A DNA stretch of 64,000 nucleotides. Origin: Octopus sinensis. Taxonomy: Eukaryota. The stretch lies in the NCBI RefSeq assembly GCF_006345805.1, contig NW_021832595.1:1-64000 (forward strand), read 5' to 3'. Below the pieces are notes generated by a model that was not told where the DNA came from, did not search any database, and worked only from the letters and a program-made list of their open reading frames with translations. The position numbers and the translations under genes were made by a program. Within the stretch, counting starts at the first letter, position 1; every line of letters begins with the position of its first letter. Shown piece after piece: positions 1 through 13,619 of this stretch.

Positions 1-770
1 TCAACTACTTCTAGTTTCATCCCTTGGCATGTGATAGAATCTGTTTTCTGAACATCTTCAGTGTTTATTGCACCTGTGCATCAGCTGCACACAAACACTA
101 TCATCCTGGTTAACTTTCCTTTGATATTGCTGCACCTCTTATGTGTCCATAGCTTACTCTGGGTACATCTTATGGAGTTTCTACCAATGCTTTTTCTACA
201 GATCGGGCAGGGCCATCTACCTGAAAGGGATTTGTGATTTATTTGCTTTCCTACTTACTAGGACTTTGGTTTTTACGACATTGACTCTAAGGCCCTTCAA
301 TTCTAGAACTTGCTTCCACACCTGGAACTTCATTTCTAGTTCTGGCAGTGGCTCAACAATTAGAGCAAGATCATCAGCATAGAGAAGCTCCCAGGAGAAG
401 CCTGTCTTGAATTCCTCTGTTATTGCCTGGATGACTATAATGAATAAGAGGGGGCTGAGCACTGGTCCTTGGTGAACCCCTACTTCTACCTGGAATTCTT
501 CACTATACTCGTTGTTGCCAACCTTCACCTTATTGACAGCATCCCTATACAAGGTCTGTACAGCTCTTACTAACCACTTGTCGATCCTTAGTTTTTGCAT
601 TGCCCAACAGATAAGGAATCAGGGGACCCTGTCAAAGGCTTTCTCCAAGTCAACAAAAGCCAAGTACAGATGTTTTTCTTTGGCTATGTATTTCTCCTGC
701 AGTTGCCTTACCAGAAATATAGCATCAGGGGTGTTTTTCCCTGGCACAAAACCGAACTGCGTCTCATATA
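1..770 (-). mobile_element. RTE-clade LINE reverse-transcriptase fragment (degenerate)
   Basis: ORF 217..600 contains VGVHQG-VLSPLLF and LLYADDL; same family as the other copies in the window. Confidence 0.9.
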
Positions 771-772
771 CA

Positions 773-1092
773 AAATAATCATCATCATCATCATCATCAT
801 TTAGCGTCCGTTCTCCGTGCTAGCATGGGTTGGACGGTTCAACTGGGGTCTGTGAAGCTGGAAGGCTTCATCAGGCCCAGTCAGATCTGGCAGTGTTTCT
901 ACGGCTGGATGCCCTTCCTAACGCCAACCACTCCGTGAGTGTAGTGGGTGCTTTTACGTGCCACCCGCACAGGTGCCAGACAGAGCTGGCAAACGGCCAC
1001 GAACGGATGGTGCTTTTACGTGTCACCGGCACGGGGCCAGGCGAGGCTGGCAATGGACACGAACGGATGGTGCTTTTACGTGCCACCAACAC
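773..1092 (-). mobile_element. RTE 3' UTR / tail-only copy with (GAT)n tail
   Basis: (CAT)n at 773-800 followed by the reverse complement of the 3' UTR seen on the full LINEs (e.g. 45210-45396). Confidence 0.8.
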
Positions 1093-1163
1093 GGGACATA
1101 ATATATATACAAAATAATTGGACAAAATAATGGAAACACCTTACAGTTTCAAACAAATTTATT

Positions 1164-2190
1164 TTAATATGGGGCAGGACAGCCTTTGCCAGTAATTACA
1201 GCTTGAATTCTATGAGGTATGGACTCATACAAAGTTTGAATTTTCTCCAAAGGTATTTTTGTCCATTCTTCAGCTAAAACAGTCTCCAGTTCCTGATGGT
1301 GGAGGATATCGACTCCTTACATGTTTTTCTAAAATGCATCAAAAATGTTCAATAATATTGAGATCTGAGGACTAAAGTGGCCAGATAAGATGTTCAACTT
1401 CACTAGAATGTTCCTTGTGCCATTCAGTAACAACTTTAGCTGTGTGAATTGGTGCATTATCATCCTGAAGGATTTCTTTTCACTCCACAAACAGTTCTGC
1501 AACCATAGGATGAATTTGATCAGATGAAATGCTTAAATAGTCTTGACTATTAATTCTGCCATGAAGGGAAACCATTGAGCTGGTGCATCTCCAAAATATA
1601 GGCCTCTTCCCTCCGATCATCACAGATCCTCCTCCATGTTTAGAAGTTGGAAGAAGGCAGTCTTGGTTAAATGCTTCTTTTGGCTGTCTCCACACATACA
1701 CTCGGCTGGTGGTCAGAAATAAGGTAAAGGATGACTTGTCTAAGAAAATAACATTCTTCCACTGCTCTAGTGACCAATTCTGTAGGTTTTTACTCCACTC
1801 TGAATGCTTTGCAATGTTTGTTTTTGAAAGTAGTGGTTTTCTGATTGCAGCCCTCCTGTAATATCCAGCTTTGTGTGGCTCCTGGTGAACAGCTTTTGTG
1901 GAAACTGGATTCTCGAGGTGCTTATTAAGCTCTCCAGTATTTTTGGGAGTTGTATTTTTGTGATTCTTTCTAACAATTCACATAAGAGTCTTACAGTCCC
2001 TATCTGAAAGTTTTGCTTTTCTTCCAGAGTTTTCTTTTGAGGAGGTTTTTCCCTCTTTTTCTAAGGGTATCATTACTTTTGAGGCAGTACTTCTTGATTT
2101 GCCAAGCATTTTGGCTGTTTCTGTTATGCTAGTGCCTGCGATAAGGGCACCAATAATTTGTCCTCTTTGAAAGTCCGATAGATCTGTCAT
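1164..2190 (-). pseudogene. Tc1 transposase pseudogene
   Basis: MTDLSDFQRGQIIG HTH start, GRKAKLS, IFLDKSS, KHGGGSVM, QDDNAPIH...DLNIIEH; internal stops and frameshifts. Confidence 0.9.
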
Positions 2191-2322
2191 TTTAATGAAT
2201 TTTAATTCCGTTTTTCAGATGATATCTGAAAAGAAACAGCAATTTTGTCAAAACATATTAAGCAACACTAATAATAAATCAAAAAACATAAAAATAGACA
2301 AGCTGTAACAGGTTTTATAGAT

Positions 2323-4262
2323 CACCATCATCATCATCGTTTAGATTCCACTTTCCATGCTAGCATGGGTTGGATGGTTCAACTGGGGTCTGGGAAGCCA
2401 GAAGGCTGCACCAGGCCCAGTCTGATCCAGCAATGTTTCTATGGCTGGATGCCCTTCCTAACTCCAACCACTCTGTGAGTGTAGTGGGTGCTTTTTACGT
2501 GCCACCGGCACAGGTGTCAGTCGGGCCTGCCAAACGGCCACGATTGGATGGGGCTTTTTATGTACCACTGGCACGGAGGCCAGTTGGGGCGTCACTGGTG
2601 TTCAAATGGTTCTCTTACGTGCCACTGGCATCACAGCTACAATTTCCATTGATGTTAATCGATTTCGATTTTGATTTTGATTTTCACTTGCCTCAGCAGG
2701 TCTCCACAAGTAGAGTTTTGTGTCCCAAGAAGGAAAGGTATGCATAAGTGGACTGGCTACATCCCAGATAGAGGCTACAGGTTATGGCCTCACTTGTCCT
2801 GCCGGGTCTTCTCACGCACAGCATACTTCCAAAGGTCTAGTTAGTCATTTCCTTGGTGAGACCTAAAGTTCGAAGGTCGTGGTTCACCACCTCGTCCCAG
2901 GTTTTCCTGAGTCTACCTCTTCCACAGGTTCCCTCAACTGCTAGGTTGTAGCATTTTTTCACACAGCTATCCACATCCATTCTCGCCTCATGACCATACC
3001 AGCGCAAACGTCTCTCTTGCACGCCACAACTGATACTTCTTAGGTCCAACTTTTCTCTCAAGGTACTTACACTCTGTCGAGTATGAACACTGACATTACA
3101 AATCCATCGGAGCATACTGGCTTCATTCCTTGTGAGCTTACGCATATCCTCAGCAGTCACAGCCCATGTTTCACTGCCATGTAGCATGGCTGTTCATACA
3201 CATGCATCATACAGTCTATCTTTTACTCTGAGCGAGAGGCTTTTTGTCATGAGCAGAGGTAAGAGCTCTCTGAACTTTGCCCAGGCTATTCTTACTCTAG
3301 CAGTTACACTTTCAGCACACCCACCCCCGCTACTGACTTGGTCACCTAGGTAGCGGAAGCTATCAACTACTTCTAGTTTTTCTCCCTGGAATGTGGCGGA
3401 AGTTGGTCTCTGCGCATTCTCAGTGTTTATTGCTCCTGAGCATCTGCCACATACAAAAACTATCTTCCTAGTTAGCCTTCCTTTGACATTGCTGCACATC
3501 TTATGTGTCCATAGCTTACACTTGGTGCATCTTATAGAGTTTCTACCTACGCCTCTACTACAGTTCGAGCAGGGCCATCTACCTGAAGGCGTTTGTGGTT
3601 TGTCTACCTTCCTACTTATTAGGATTTGGTTTTAGCTAGGTTGACTCTAAGCCCCTTCGATTCTAATCCTTACTTCCACACCTGAAACTTCTCCTCCAGT
3701 TCTGATAGTAACTCAGCAATTAGAGCAAGGTCATCAGCATAGAGGAGCTACCAGGTTCATCCTGTCTTGAATTCTTCCGTTATTGCCTGGAGGACTATGA
3801 TAAATAGGAGGGGGCTGATGACTGAACCTTGGTGGGCCCCTACCTCCACCTGGAATTCTTCACTGTACTCGTTGCCAACCTTCACCTTACTAGCAGTGCC
3901 CCTGTACATGGCTCACACAACTCTCACTAACCATTCATCTATCCCTAGTTTCCTCATTGACCACCAGACAAGGGATCGGGAGACCCTATCGAATGCTTTC
4001 TCCATGTCAACGAAAGCCAAGTACAGGGGCTTATCTTTGGCTAGGTATTTCTCCTGCAGCTGTCTTACCAGAAATATAGCATCATTGGTGCTTTTTCCTG
4101 GCACGAACCCAAACTGCATCTCATCTAAACTAACTCTCTCTCTAATTAGTTGGGCTATGACCCTCTCCATAACCTTCATTACCTGATCCAACAGCTTGAT
4201 ACTTCTGTAATTATTTGTATCTAGAGCATCACCTTTACCTTTGTAGCAGTTGACTATTATAT
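2323..4262 (-). mobile_element. 5'-truncated RTE LINE nested in the Tc1
   Basis: (CAT)n tail, 3' UTR, and RT/C-terminal ORF pieces 2837..3187, 3194..3499, 3913..4191. Confidence 0.9.
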
Positions 4263-4307
4263 GATGCTCGGTGTTTCCATTATTTTGTCCAACCCCTGTA
4301 TGTATAT

Positions 4308-4344
<37 letters not shown>

Positions 4345-4349
<5 letters not shown>

Positions 4350-4445
4350 GTAGAAAGAATAGCTATAACTCTTTGACTGCTATTTCTAAATTCGGTGTGT
4401 GGTGAGGCAATTCGTTGCTAAACCCTTAATTGCTTAGTATATATA

Positions 4446-4496
<51 letters not shown>

Positions 4497-5560
4497 AATG
4501 TATAGAAAAATGTAAAAGAAAATGTAGATGGGAATAGAAATAAAAATAAAAACCAAATTAATAACAATCATAATAATTATAATAGAGAAACACATTGGAA
4601 TTTTATAGAATACAAGGAGCATATAAAAACATTAAAAAATATAAATAGAATGAAGAATAAAATTAAAAATAGAAATATAAGGAAATATATAAGATTAAAT
4701 GATAGGCAAAAATTAGATCCAATTATAAATAATAAAGATAACAATAACAATAATAGCATAAATAAGGATACGAGAAATAATAATATAAACATAGATAAAA
4801 ATAAAATAATTTGGTTGATAGTCCCTTATGGGATCCAGATTAAAGATAATATTATAAAAGAAATCACTAAAACAATAGAATCATTTATTATAGAAAATAA
4901 AATATACAGAAACATATTTTCAAAAAATAATATAGGAGTAGGATACTCTACTACTAATAATGTAAGGAATATTATTTCATCACTAAATAAATATTAGTTG
5001 AATGAATATTGCTATAATAAATTAAATAATTATCCCAATAATAATGGTAGAGAATAAAAAAAGTGCAATTGTAGGGACAAAAATTAATTTTAACTTAAAA
5101 ACAAAAGTAACTTAATGGATGTAGTATATAAATGTATGGTTTCTTTAAATGAAGATAGGAATGACCAAAGCAAAATAAATAATAGAAATATTGAAGTAAG
5201 CTCAGACAGGACATACATAGGTTCAACATTGAATAAAATTAAACAAAGAATAGCGCAGCATTTGCTCTCATTTAAAAATAAGAAATTAATGAACTCGACA
5301 GGCTTACATTTGGAGCCTAAAATTTAAAGAAATTAAGTATGAACTAAAGTGGGAGATAATAAGGAAAACTAAATCATATAGAATAGGGAATAAGTTCTGT
5401 CTGTTGTGTACTCACGAATTTATGCAGATTTTATGGGCTAAAACAACATTGCTCAATGCCCAGGATGAAAGAAAAATTAAATGCAAACGTAAGCTGAAAT
5501 GTTTAATTAATAAGTTCTGATTCTCAAATAAATAAACAAAAATTAATTGTAGGAAATTAA
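4345..5560 (+). mobile_element. Penelope-like element relic with GIY-YIG endonuclease
   Basis: IIWLIVPY...IFSKNNIGVGYSTTNNVRNII, VVYKC...TYIGST..KIKQRIAQHLLSF, then LKWEII...KFCLLC..E after a frameshift; matches the PLE linker/GIY-YIG pattern. Confidence 0.75.
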
Positions 5561-5604
5561 AACTTAGTTATATCCTTTGGATCAAAATTACTATTATATA
5601 CCAT

Positions 5605-7830
5605 TCATCTTCATCATCATCATCGTTTAAAGTCTATTTTCCGTGCTAGCACGGGTTGGACGGTTCGACTGGGGTCTGGGAAGCCAGGAGACTGCACCAG
5701 GCTCCAGTCTGATCTGGCAGTGTTTCTACAGCTGCTTGCCCTTCCTAACGTCAACCACTCCGTGAGTGTAGTGGGTGCTTTTTACGTGCCACCAGCACAG
5801 GTGTCAGAGGAGGCTGGCAGTGGCCATGATCAGTTGGTGCTTATTACGTGCCACCAGCACAAGCCAATCAAGGTGGCGCTGGCATCAGCCATGTTTAGAT
5901 GGTGCTTTTTACGTGCCACCGGCACAGGTATCACAAATACAATTTCCATTTGATATTTATTTTGATGTTGATGTACTTGACTCAATAGGTCTCCTCAAGT
6001 ACAGCAGGTCATGTGCCATCGGCACAGAAGCCAGACGAGGCGGCGCTGGCATTGGCCACGGTCAGATGGTGGTTTTTACGTGCCGTCGGCACAGGTATCA
6101 TAACTACAATTTCCATTTGATATTAATTTTGTTGTTGATGTTGATGTACTTGACTCAATAGGTCTCCTCAAGCACACCAGGTCACCCTATGATCCAAGGT
6201 GAGCACAGCAGGTCGTTCTGCAATCCAAGGTACTTTGGATGGGCTGGGGCTATGCAAAACTGGTGCAGGAAGCATGGCAGTTCACACACATGCATTGTAC
6301 AATCTACCTTTCACTCTGAGCAAGAGAGCCTTTGTCACTAGTAGGGGTAGGAGCTTTCTAAACTTTGCCCAGACTATTCATATTCTAGTGGTGACACTCT
6401 CTGAGCATCCACCTCAACTACTAACTTGGTCACCTAGGTAGTGGAAACTATCAACTACTTTTAGTTTCTGCCCCTGGTGTGTGATGAAATCTGTTTTCTG
6501 AGTATCTGTGGTGTCTATTGCTCCTGTGATCTGACACACATGAAAGCTATTTTCTCGGTTAATTTTCATTTGATGTTGTTGCACCTCTTATGCGTCCATA
6601 GCTTACACTGGGTACATCTTATGGAGTTTCTAACTACAATTTGTCTACAGATCGAGCAGGGCCACCTGCCTGAGGGTGTGTGTGATGAGTTCGCCTTTCT
6701 GCTTACTATAAATTTAGTCTTTGCTACATTTACTCTAAGGCCGTTTGATTCTAAACCTAGCTTCCACACCCAAAATTGCTTTTCTAGTTCTGGTAGTGAT
6801 TCTGCTATGAGGGCCAGGTCATCAGCATAGAGGAGCTACCAGGGGCAACCCATCTTGAATTCCTCTGTTATTGCCTGGAGGACTATGATGAATAGAAAGG
6901 GACTAAGGGCTGAACCTTGGTGGACCCTACTTCTACCCGGAATTCTTCACTATACTTGTTGCTAATCCTGACCTTACTAATGGCCTCTCTGTATAGGGCC
7001 TGTACAGCCCTTATCAACCATTCGTCAATCTCCAGTTTCCGCATTGCCCATCCGATAAGGGATTGGGAGGACCCTGTCAAAGGCTTTCTCCAAGTCCACA
7101 AAAGCTAAGTAGAGGGGTTTATCTTTAGCTAGGTATTTCTCCTGCAGTTGTCAAACCAGGAATATGCCATCAGTGGTGCTTCTACCCAGAACAAAACCAA
7201 ACTCTATCTCATCTAAGCAGACTCTCTCCCTAATGAGATGGACTATGACCCTCTCTGTGAACTTCATCACCTGATCCAGCAGTTTAATATCCCTGTAGTT
7301 ATTCCTATCTAGAGCATCACCTTTACTCTTGTAGCAGTTGACTATATGGTGCTGCTACGCTAGTCATTGGGTATAACTCTGTTATGTACTACCTGGTTTA
7401 CAATGCGGGTGACTAAGCCATAGCCCACACCACCAGATGCTTTAAGCATCTCAGCAGTGATTCCTGATGGCCCAGGGGCTTTTCCTAGCTTCATATCCTT
7501 AATTGCTTTAACTACTAGGGAGCTGTCTATTTGGATAGCTGGTCCCTCTACTGGGTCAACATTTGGCAGGCTCTCCTCCTCCCATTCATTCTCAACATTC
7601 AGCAGTCTTTCATAATGGCTTCTCCAAGCCTCTTTCTTTTCAGAATCACTAAAAGCAAGTGCACCATTATCCATTCGAACACATTTCTCTCCTGTGACAT
7701 CACAATTTTCTGTCACACACTGTCTTGCAATCCGAAATATCTGTTCTTTGGTCCTCACGTCTCTGGACATTGGCAAACTTATTCTTTTCCGCTTCACTTT
7801 TGGCTGTGTATACCTGTCTTGGCTATAGCC
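5605..7830 (-). mobile_element. 5'-truncated, internally degenerate RTE LINE
   Basis: (CAT)n tail at 5605-5623, 3' UTR, RT fragments 6566..6769, 6883..7101, 7360..7797 (KAPGPSGITAEML). Confidence 0.88.
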
Positions 7831-7839
7831 ACATTAAAA

Positions 7840-8990
7840 TATAACATATTATTTGGATAATTTCAGTTATGATAAATTTAATTACATTTGTAGCTGTACG
7901 TCACACAAGATTAGTTTGGAAATTTATAAATTTTAATTCAGAAATGGAGTTTAAATTTTCAAGAATGATAGGAGAAATATAGTTATTAAACAATATTGAA
8001 TTTATATAATTACATAAACACATAATAAATGAAATTTCTATGAATCATAAAATATCTGAATCATGAGTATAAAGAAAAAACTTATTACTTGAATATCAGG
8101 AAAGATAGATGTTCGATCGTGAGACTGGGAGGAGGAATAAAAAAATTTTTAAATGAGGGAAAAGATAGATTATTCCCATAATACATTTACTTCCGGTTCC
8201 CCTGACAGTATTATGCTAATTATTGGGTAGTTTTATTGTGTACCATTAATACATGGCAAGTATATATAAGAATAAATACTTTCTAAGAACCTTATAATAT
8301 AAATTAAAATCAACTCAAATAACTTAGGAATTTTTAAGAATGGATTGAACGGTTTTGACAAGATGGAGACATATATTAATTTTGATGGGCGTAAATTGAA
8401 AAACATAAGTTAACACTCAATTTGTTCATAATTTTTACTTTTTACATTCTATTTTTAATTTTATTATATTAATTTATTAATTTTTATTCATATTCTTCTT
8501 GTAATTTTTATCCTGATTTATTCACATATTTTTTTCATTCATATTTTTTCATTCGTATATTTTTTTAGTCGTATTTCATATCCATTTTTATTCCTTAAAT
8601 TGCTTATGTCTTAAATTTATAAGGTTCATGAATTTATTTATTTATTTATTTTTACTTATATATATGTATATTTGTATTTTAACTGACGTAGTGATATATA
8701 AGGGGTAGATATACTTATTAATGTGGGGAAAGTAGACCTGACGATTGGGGTTGCGTAAACATAATGAGTTCTTGAAAGAGACTGTGTGTCTTGATAACAC
8801 CAAACGCACACTCATGAAATACGTGTAGTCTCTAATATGGAAAATTTTCGAATTATGAATAGAAATATTAAGTATAATGTATAATATTCTATGGCATGGT
8901 TGAGTGAATAACTTTTGGAGTTGATGAAATTGTGGGTGTTTCTATCTGTAACGCTATTTTGATATATATATACGACTAAGGAAAGAAAAC
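7840..8990. mobile_element. AT-rich relic, possibly Penelope-like
   Basis: Composition resembles the PLE relics at 4345 and 53400; a degenerate hammerhead-like end (GAAATACGTGTAGTCTCT, with AGAGAC upstream) lies near 8775-8845; no translatable motif. Confidence 0.3.
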
Positions 8991-10051
8991 TCTGAATGAC
9001 CCATCCTTGTTTTTCTTATCCCTTTTTTCTGTCATCTGTCTGAATGTTTTGTGTTCTTGTCCCATTTTTTGTATTCCTTTTTACATACATTTGGTGGTGT
9101 ACGTTTACGTACACTTTAGCATCTTATATGTAAGAACTCGACTGAGGAAAGAAAACTTCAAATTACCCGTCCTTGTTCTTTCTTTCCTTTTTTTGTACCA
9201 CCTAACATTTTTGTATTCCTTTTTTTATACACACACACACACACACACACACACAGAATTGCCCGGCAATGCTTGGGGCTGAATTGCTTGAAAGTACTGT
9301 TAATGATTGCACTGAATTATGATGATTATTCAGGCAAATATTGATATAAGTTTATGGTGAATGAATGTATTTGTAAGTGTATAGAAAGCCGTGTAAAGGT
9401 GTTCCTAACCCTTCGTAGAATTGAATGCGAGGTTGCCTTGAAAAGAGCCATGTTATTGTTCTCATAATTGTAAGAATTTGATAGTCGTGGAAGGCGATGT
9501 AAAATGTTCGCAGGTGAATAGGGTCTCTTCGTTTTCCATGAACGGCAGCGGATGTGCTGTTACAAAACTTCATGCTGTGTTAAAAGAGAATGAATGCCCT
9601 ATGTAGGCAAGAAGGGAATGAAGCATGGGTAAGTAAATATGGGTAATTTATAAAATATAGAACAATAACATCTACTCACCATATGTCAAACCGGCAAGAC
9701 TGTAGTGGTGCTGAATAGATGAATCACAACACAGTGGAGATGTTTTCATTGATGGGCGTTATGATTAAATTTGTTGTTGTATAAAATGATCTATTGCTTA
9801 GTTTCCAAAGTGTATGTTGCGATCGTGTTGTCGCTTATGTAAACTTTAACAGTGAGAGTGTAGATGTAGGGGGTAGATGTGTCATGTACGTTGGATATAG
9901 AAGATGAGGCTGGTGGTTTGATGATGAATGGATAGAAATAGAGGTGAGCGAAGGACAGGTGTTGGTTAAGTGTGAATTAATGTCATGAAATGCCTAAAAA
10001 TGTAAATGCCATCATAAAAGAGAGTCGTATGTAAGTGAAATACTAACGTGT

Positions 10052-11490
10052 TCAAAAATGATGAAACGTAGTAATCCTATAAAGCCTTCTTGTACACAAT
10101 GCTTTTTGTTTTTCGTTGTGGAACGAATGCGAGCAGGCAACATAAAGCTGACCATGAGAGAAACATGGCTCTCCCAAATGTATTCCTGCTACAGACAGTG
10201 TTTGACCCTGCGCTTTGTTAATTGACAAAGCACAGGGAAATTTGATATTAATTTCCATTGTGAAACATGGCCTTACTGGGAACTGGGACCTCTGAAATAT
10301 GAAAGGTAGGTCTGCTCCTGATGGGAAAAGATGCATCCTAGGTATGAGCACAACGTTGCCTTGACCGCACCCTGTGATAATGGTGGCCTCAATCAGATTG
10401 GGAGATAAGGACTTAACGATGAAACGTGTGCCATTGCATTGTTTTGGGGGAACCAAATTTCTAATGAGCATTATAGGAGCACCAACTTTAAGTTTGAGAA
10501 TGTGTGGTTGTAGTCCAGGGGGCTCAAAGGAATTGAGTACCTCTATTGGATAGTTGATGACATCCTCTGGGTCAGGAGTTGTATCGATAGACTTATATAC
10601 ATAGACATCCCCAGGAATGAGTTTTAGCATTTCATCATTAATATGGTGAACAGTTTTATTCCTCGGGGCCAGAATAGCCCTTTGGCCAATCCAATCCATA
10701 TTCTGATAATTAGCTTGTAGATCTGGGAATGCTGCATCTCTGAGATCAGAAGGCGTTTTAACAATAGTACAAATAGAATCGATGGCAATATTACCATTTT
10801 CATCCCCTGGTATTTTGCCTTCACCAAGTGCAAGGAGGGTGTGAGAAAATGCTGCTGATGTGATATCACGTTGCATATGAGCACGCATATTGGTGTGAAG
10901 TTTGAGAGTCTTCACCAGTGGCCACAATGTGGATGACTTAAGACACGCACTTACTGCATCAGCTGTAGTCCCTTTGGGAAGTGTTTGTCGGAAGTCCCCT
11001 GAAAGAAGAAGTGTTATGCCTCCCATGGGAGCTGAAGAGTGTTTGATGTCTCTGAGAGATCTATGTAGTGCCTCAAGAGCATGTCTGTGGGCCATCGTGC
11101 ATTCATCCCAAACGATAAGCTTGCATCATCTGAAGACTTCTGCCTGATCGGAGCTGTTACTGACGTTGCAAGTTGGTGTCTCAGTCTTCGCTAAATCAAG
11201 CGGGAGCTTGAAAGTGGAGTGAGCTGTCCTGCTGCCTGGCAACAAAGTAGCTGCAATTCCAGATGATGCCACAGCTAGGGCAATGCCTTGTGTTCGCCTA
11301 ATCTCAGCCAATATTAATTTGTCGACAAAAGTTTTCTTAGTGCCCCCAGGAGCATCCAGGAAAAAAATCCCCCCAGCTTTGGCCCAGACTGAATTAACAA
11401 CAGAGTTGTAAGCGAACTTGTGTTCTGGAAGGAGCTTTGGCTCATTGTCGGCTATGTACTCGGCAAGCTCGTCAACATTAAAACATGTCT
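10052..11490 (-). pseudogene. Helitron Pif1-family helicase domain (frameshifted)
   Basis: FFLDAPGGTKKT, VASSGIAATLL, RTAHSTFK, SGDFRQTLP, LKVGAPIMLIRNL, CNGTR, INKAQGQTL, PCFSHGQLYVACS. Confidence 0.92.
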
Positions 11491-11504
11491 CACGCAGCAA
11501 ATGT

Positions 11505-11612
11505 GAAGACAGAGTGTTTGTGCCTACACATGCCAAGTCACCACACAGTGGGACTGAACCCAGGACCATGTGTTTGGAACGTAGTTTGTTACCACACAGC
11601 CACGCCTGCCCC
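11505..11612 (-). mobile_element. tRNA-derived SINE head
   Basis: On the minus strand, A-box-like TGGCTGTGTGG and B-box-like GGTTCAGTCC; related copies at about 17300-17500(-), 21410-21610(-), 47075-47235(+), 52336-52500(+). Confidence 0.75.
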
Positions 11613-12888
11613 TATGTATGTGTGTGTGTGTGTGTGTGCGTATGTGTGTATGGGTAGATATATTATGCATGTATATATGTGTATATATACATGTGTACAT
11701 ATTACATGTACATCTATATATATACATCTACACATAAAATACAAAATACTAAGTTATATCTTGATATCGGTAGTGATAACAGTACTCAAAATATATAACA
11801 GACTGGAATTGTAGGCCCGTCTCTTGCAATTTCGATCAATTGGATCTTGTCCTCCCTCTTGTATAGAAGTGTACGGCTGCAGCAAAATTCATTTTTGGAC
11901 TTTCTTCTATCGAAAGCATTTTAACAAAAATGCTTCCGTAAAGACGGTGAAAATATTGTCAATTTCCCCAAACAGGGACACAATTCAATTTTTAAACAAT
12001 AACCAAAGCCCCTTCTCTGAAAGGGGGAGGGTTACGGTTTACAATTATTTAACAAATGCAACACAACAGCGTTTCCCTGACGAGGAACTAACAAACGTGA
12101 TTACAATAGTCAAACAGTGATAATAATAACAACAAACCTTTTTAATTTATCCCCTTTTATGTGAAACCACTTATTCAAGTTCAAGTCATTGATGCAATTT
12201 TATACAATGCTAATACACACACACACGCATAATAAGGGTGAAAAATTGAATATTAATTTGATTAATATGAATTGAAAACCAGTGGTGTAGCATATAAGAC
12301 CATAGCGGATCTTCTTCTAGCAAAAAGGATGACCAGTATTAATGGCTCATCCCTGTTATATAAATACTTTCACTTTAATTGTTGCACACTTGCAAAGAGA
12401 AAGTAGGAGAAAGTGTGGTGGTAATGGAAGGAGTGAAGCACTTGAAATGAGAGAGGCAAATCGTAAAATATTGAGTTTTCTCGAATTTTTACTTAATTGG
12501 GGGTCAAATTGAAAAAACTTTACATGCCATGACCCAATTGAATCTACTTGGAAAAATCATAGGTAAATTCCAATAGAAGAAATTCTATATTGTAGAATTG
12601 TATTAAAAAGAAACATGGGAACAGGCAGAGAAAATCTGCCTTTTATCATAAGAGATATATATATATATCATCATCATCATCGTTTTACGTCCATTTTCTG
12701 TGCTGGCATGGTTTGGATGGTTCGACTGGGGTCTGGGAAGTCAGGAACCTGCACCAGGCTCCAATCTGATTTGGCAGAATTCTACAGCTGGATGCCCTTC
12801 CTATCGCCAACCACTCCGAGAGTGTAGTGGGTGCTTTTTATGTGCCACTGGCACAGGTATCACAACTACAATTTCCATTTGATATTTT

Positions 12889-12924
<36 letters not shown>

Positions 12925-13619
12925 GAATATGGATCAACAAGAAGGGTTACAGTTTGACAGTTATTTTCTAATCACTAAACATGTTTCCATACAACATAAC
13001 TCTTCACATATACAAGTATGCATCAGTTTACCTATATAATAGAATCCAGTTGTATTTTCTCAGGTGATATTCAATTGCTGTCTCTGTTAAAAAACCTTCC
13101 ACTTCAATGCTAACACATCCAACTCCCTTGTTTGAATTTAGTTGATACTGGCAGTCTCCTTCTGCTTGCTGTTAACATGCTTCTGTATGCCTGCTATGAG
13201 TAATATCGGATGTATTGGGTGTCTATGTTGCTACTGTCTGATTTTCAATCTCTTCCTCTTGTTAGGGGCTGTACATGTGGAATTTTATTATCTGCCCTTC
13301 AGTATTCAGTGGTCCAGAAATATACAAAGCCTCCCCCACATATATTCATATATAGATACCCATATATACACACATATACACTCACAGATACCTTCATGCA
13401 TACACAATCACTTACGTATATATTCATACATATACATCTCTAGGCAGTCCATACACACACACACACACATACATTCATTTACATATATGTATGTACATAG
13501 ATATATTTTTAGCCACTCCAATATATATATATATATACACATGAGAAGATAAAGCTGGTAGGGATGGGGTTGGATCAGGTAATGAAAGTCACAGCCCAAC
13601 TAATTAGGGAGAGAGTTGT

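Larger units (their letters stand above)
1109..4300 (-). mobile_element. Tc1-family DNA transposon (DD36E spacing), interrupted by an RTE LINE
   Basis: TIR ttggacaaaataatggaaacacc at 1118-1140 and its complement ggtgtttccattattttgtccaacccctg followed by TA at 4270-4300; transposase lies between 1164 and 2190. Confidence 0.85.
9256..12655 (-). mobile_element. Internally deleted Helitron with Pif1-helicase remnant
   Basis: Helicase ORFs 11126..11569 and 10052..11095. A GC-rich hairpin (gcccggcaatgcttggggc, 9261-9279) sits at the expected 3' end and a TCTCTTATGATAAAAGGCAG-type 5' start near 12655. Terminal CTAG is not visible, so the ends are inferred. Confidence 0.6.

Noticed and set aside
830-1130. 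Recurrent short ORFs such as MDGSTGVCEAGRLHQAQSDL
   Set aside because: Antisense readings of the RTE 3' UTR, repeated at every tail copy in the window.
4395-4430. Hammerhead-like GTGGTGAG-GCAA-TTCG-TTGC-TAAAC
   Set aside because: Core positions 3, 6 and 12 deviate with no compensation; at most a dead relic. The motif near 8775-8845 lacks its CUGANGA core.
4650-4997. Asn/Ile/Lys-rich ORF as an endosymbiont or organellar gene
   Set aside because: It continues into GIY-YIG motifs typical of Penelope-like elements; the AT bias explains the composition.
13040-13330. Possible upstream exon of the host gene, or a restriction-like-endonuclease retroelement fragment (SIEVEGF on the minus strand)
   Set aside because: There is an AG acceptor but no convincing frame or donor, and the minus-strand similarity is too short and broken to support.
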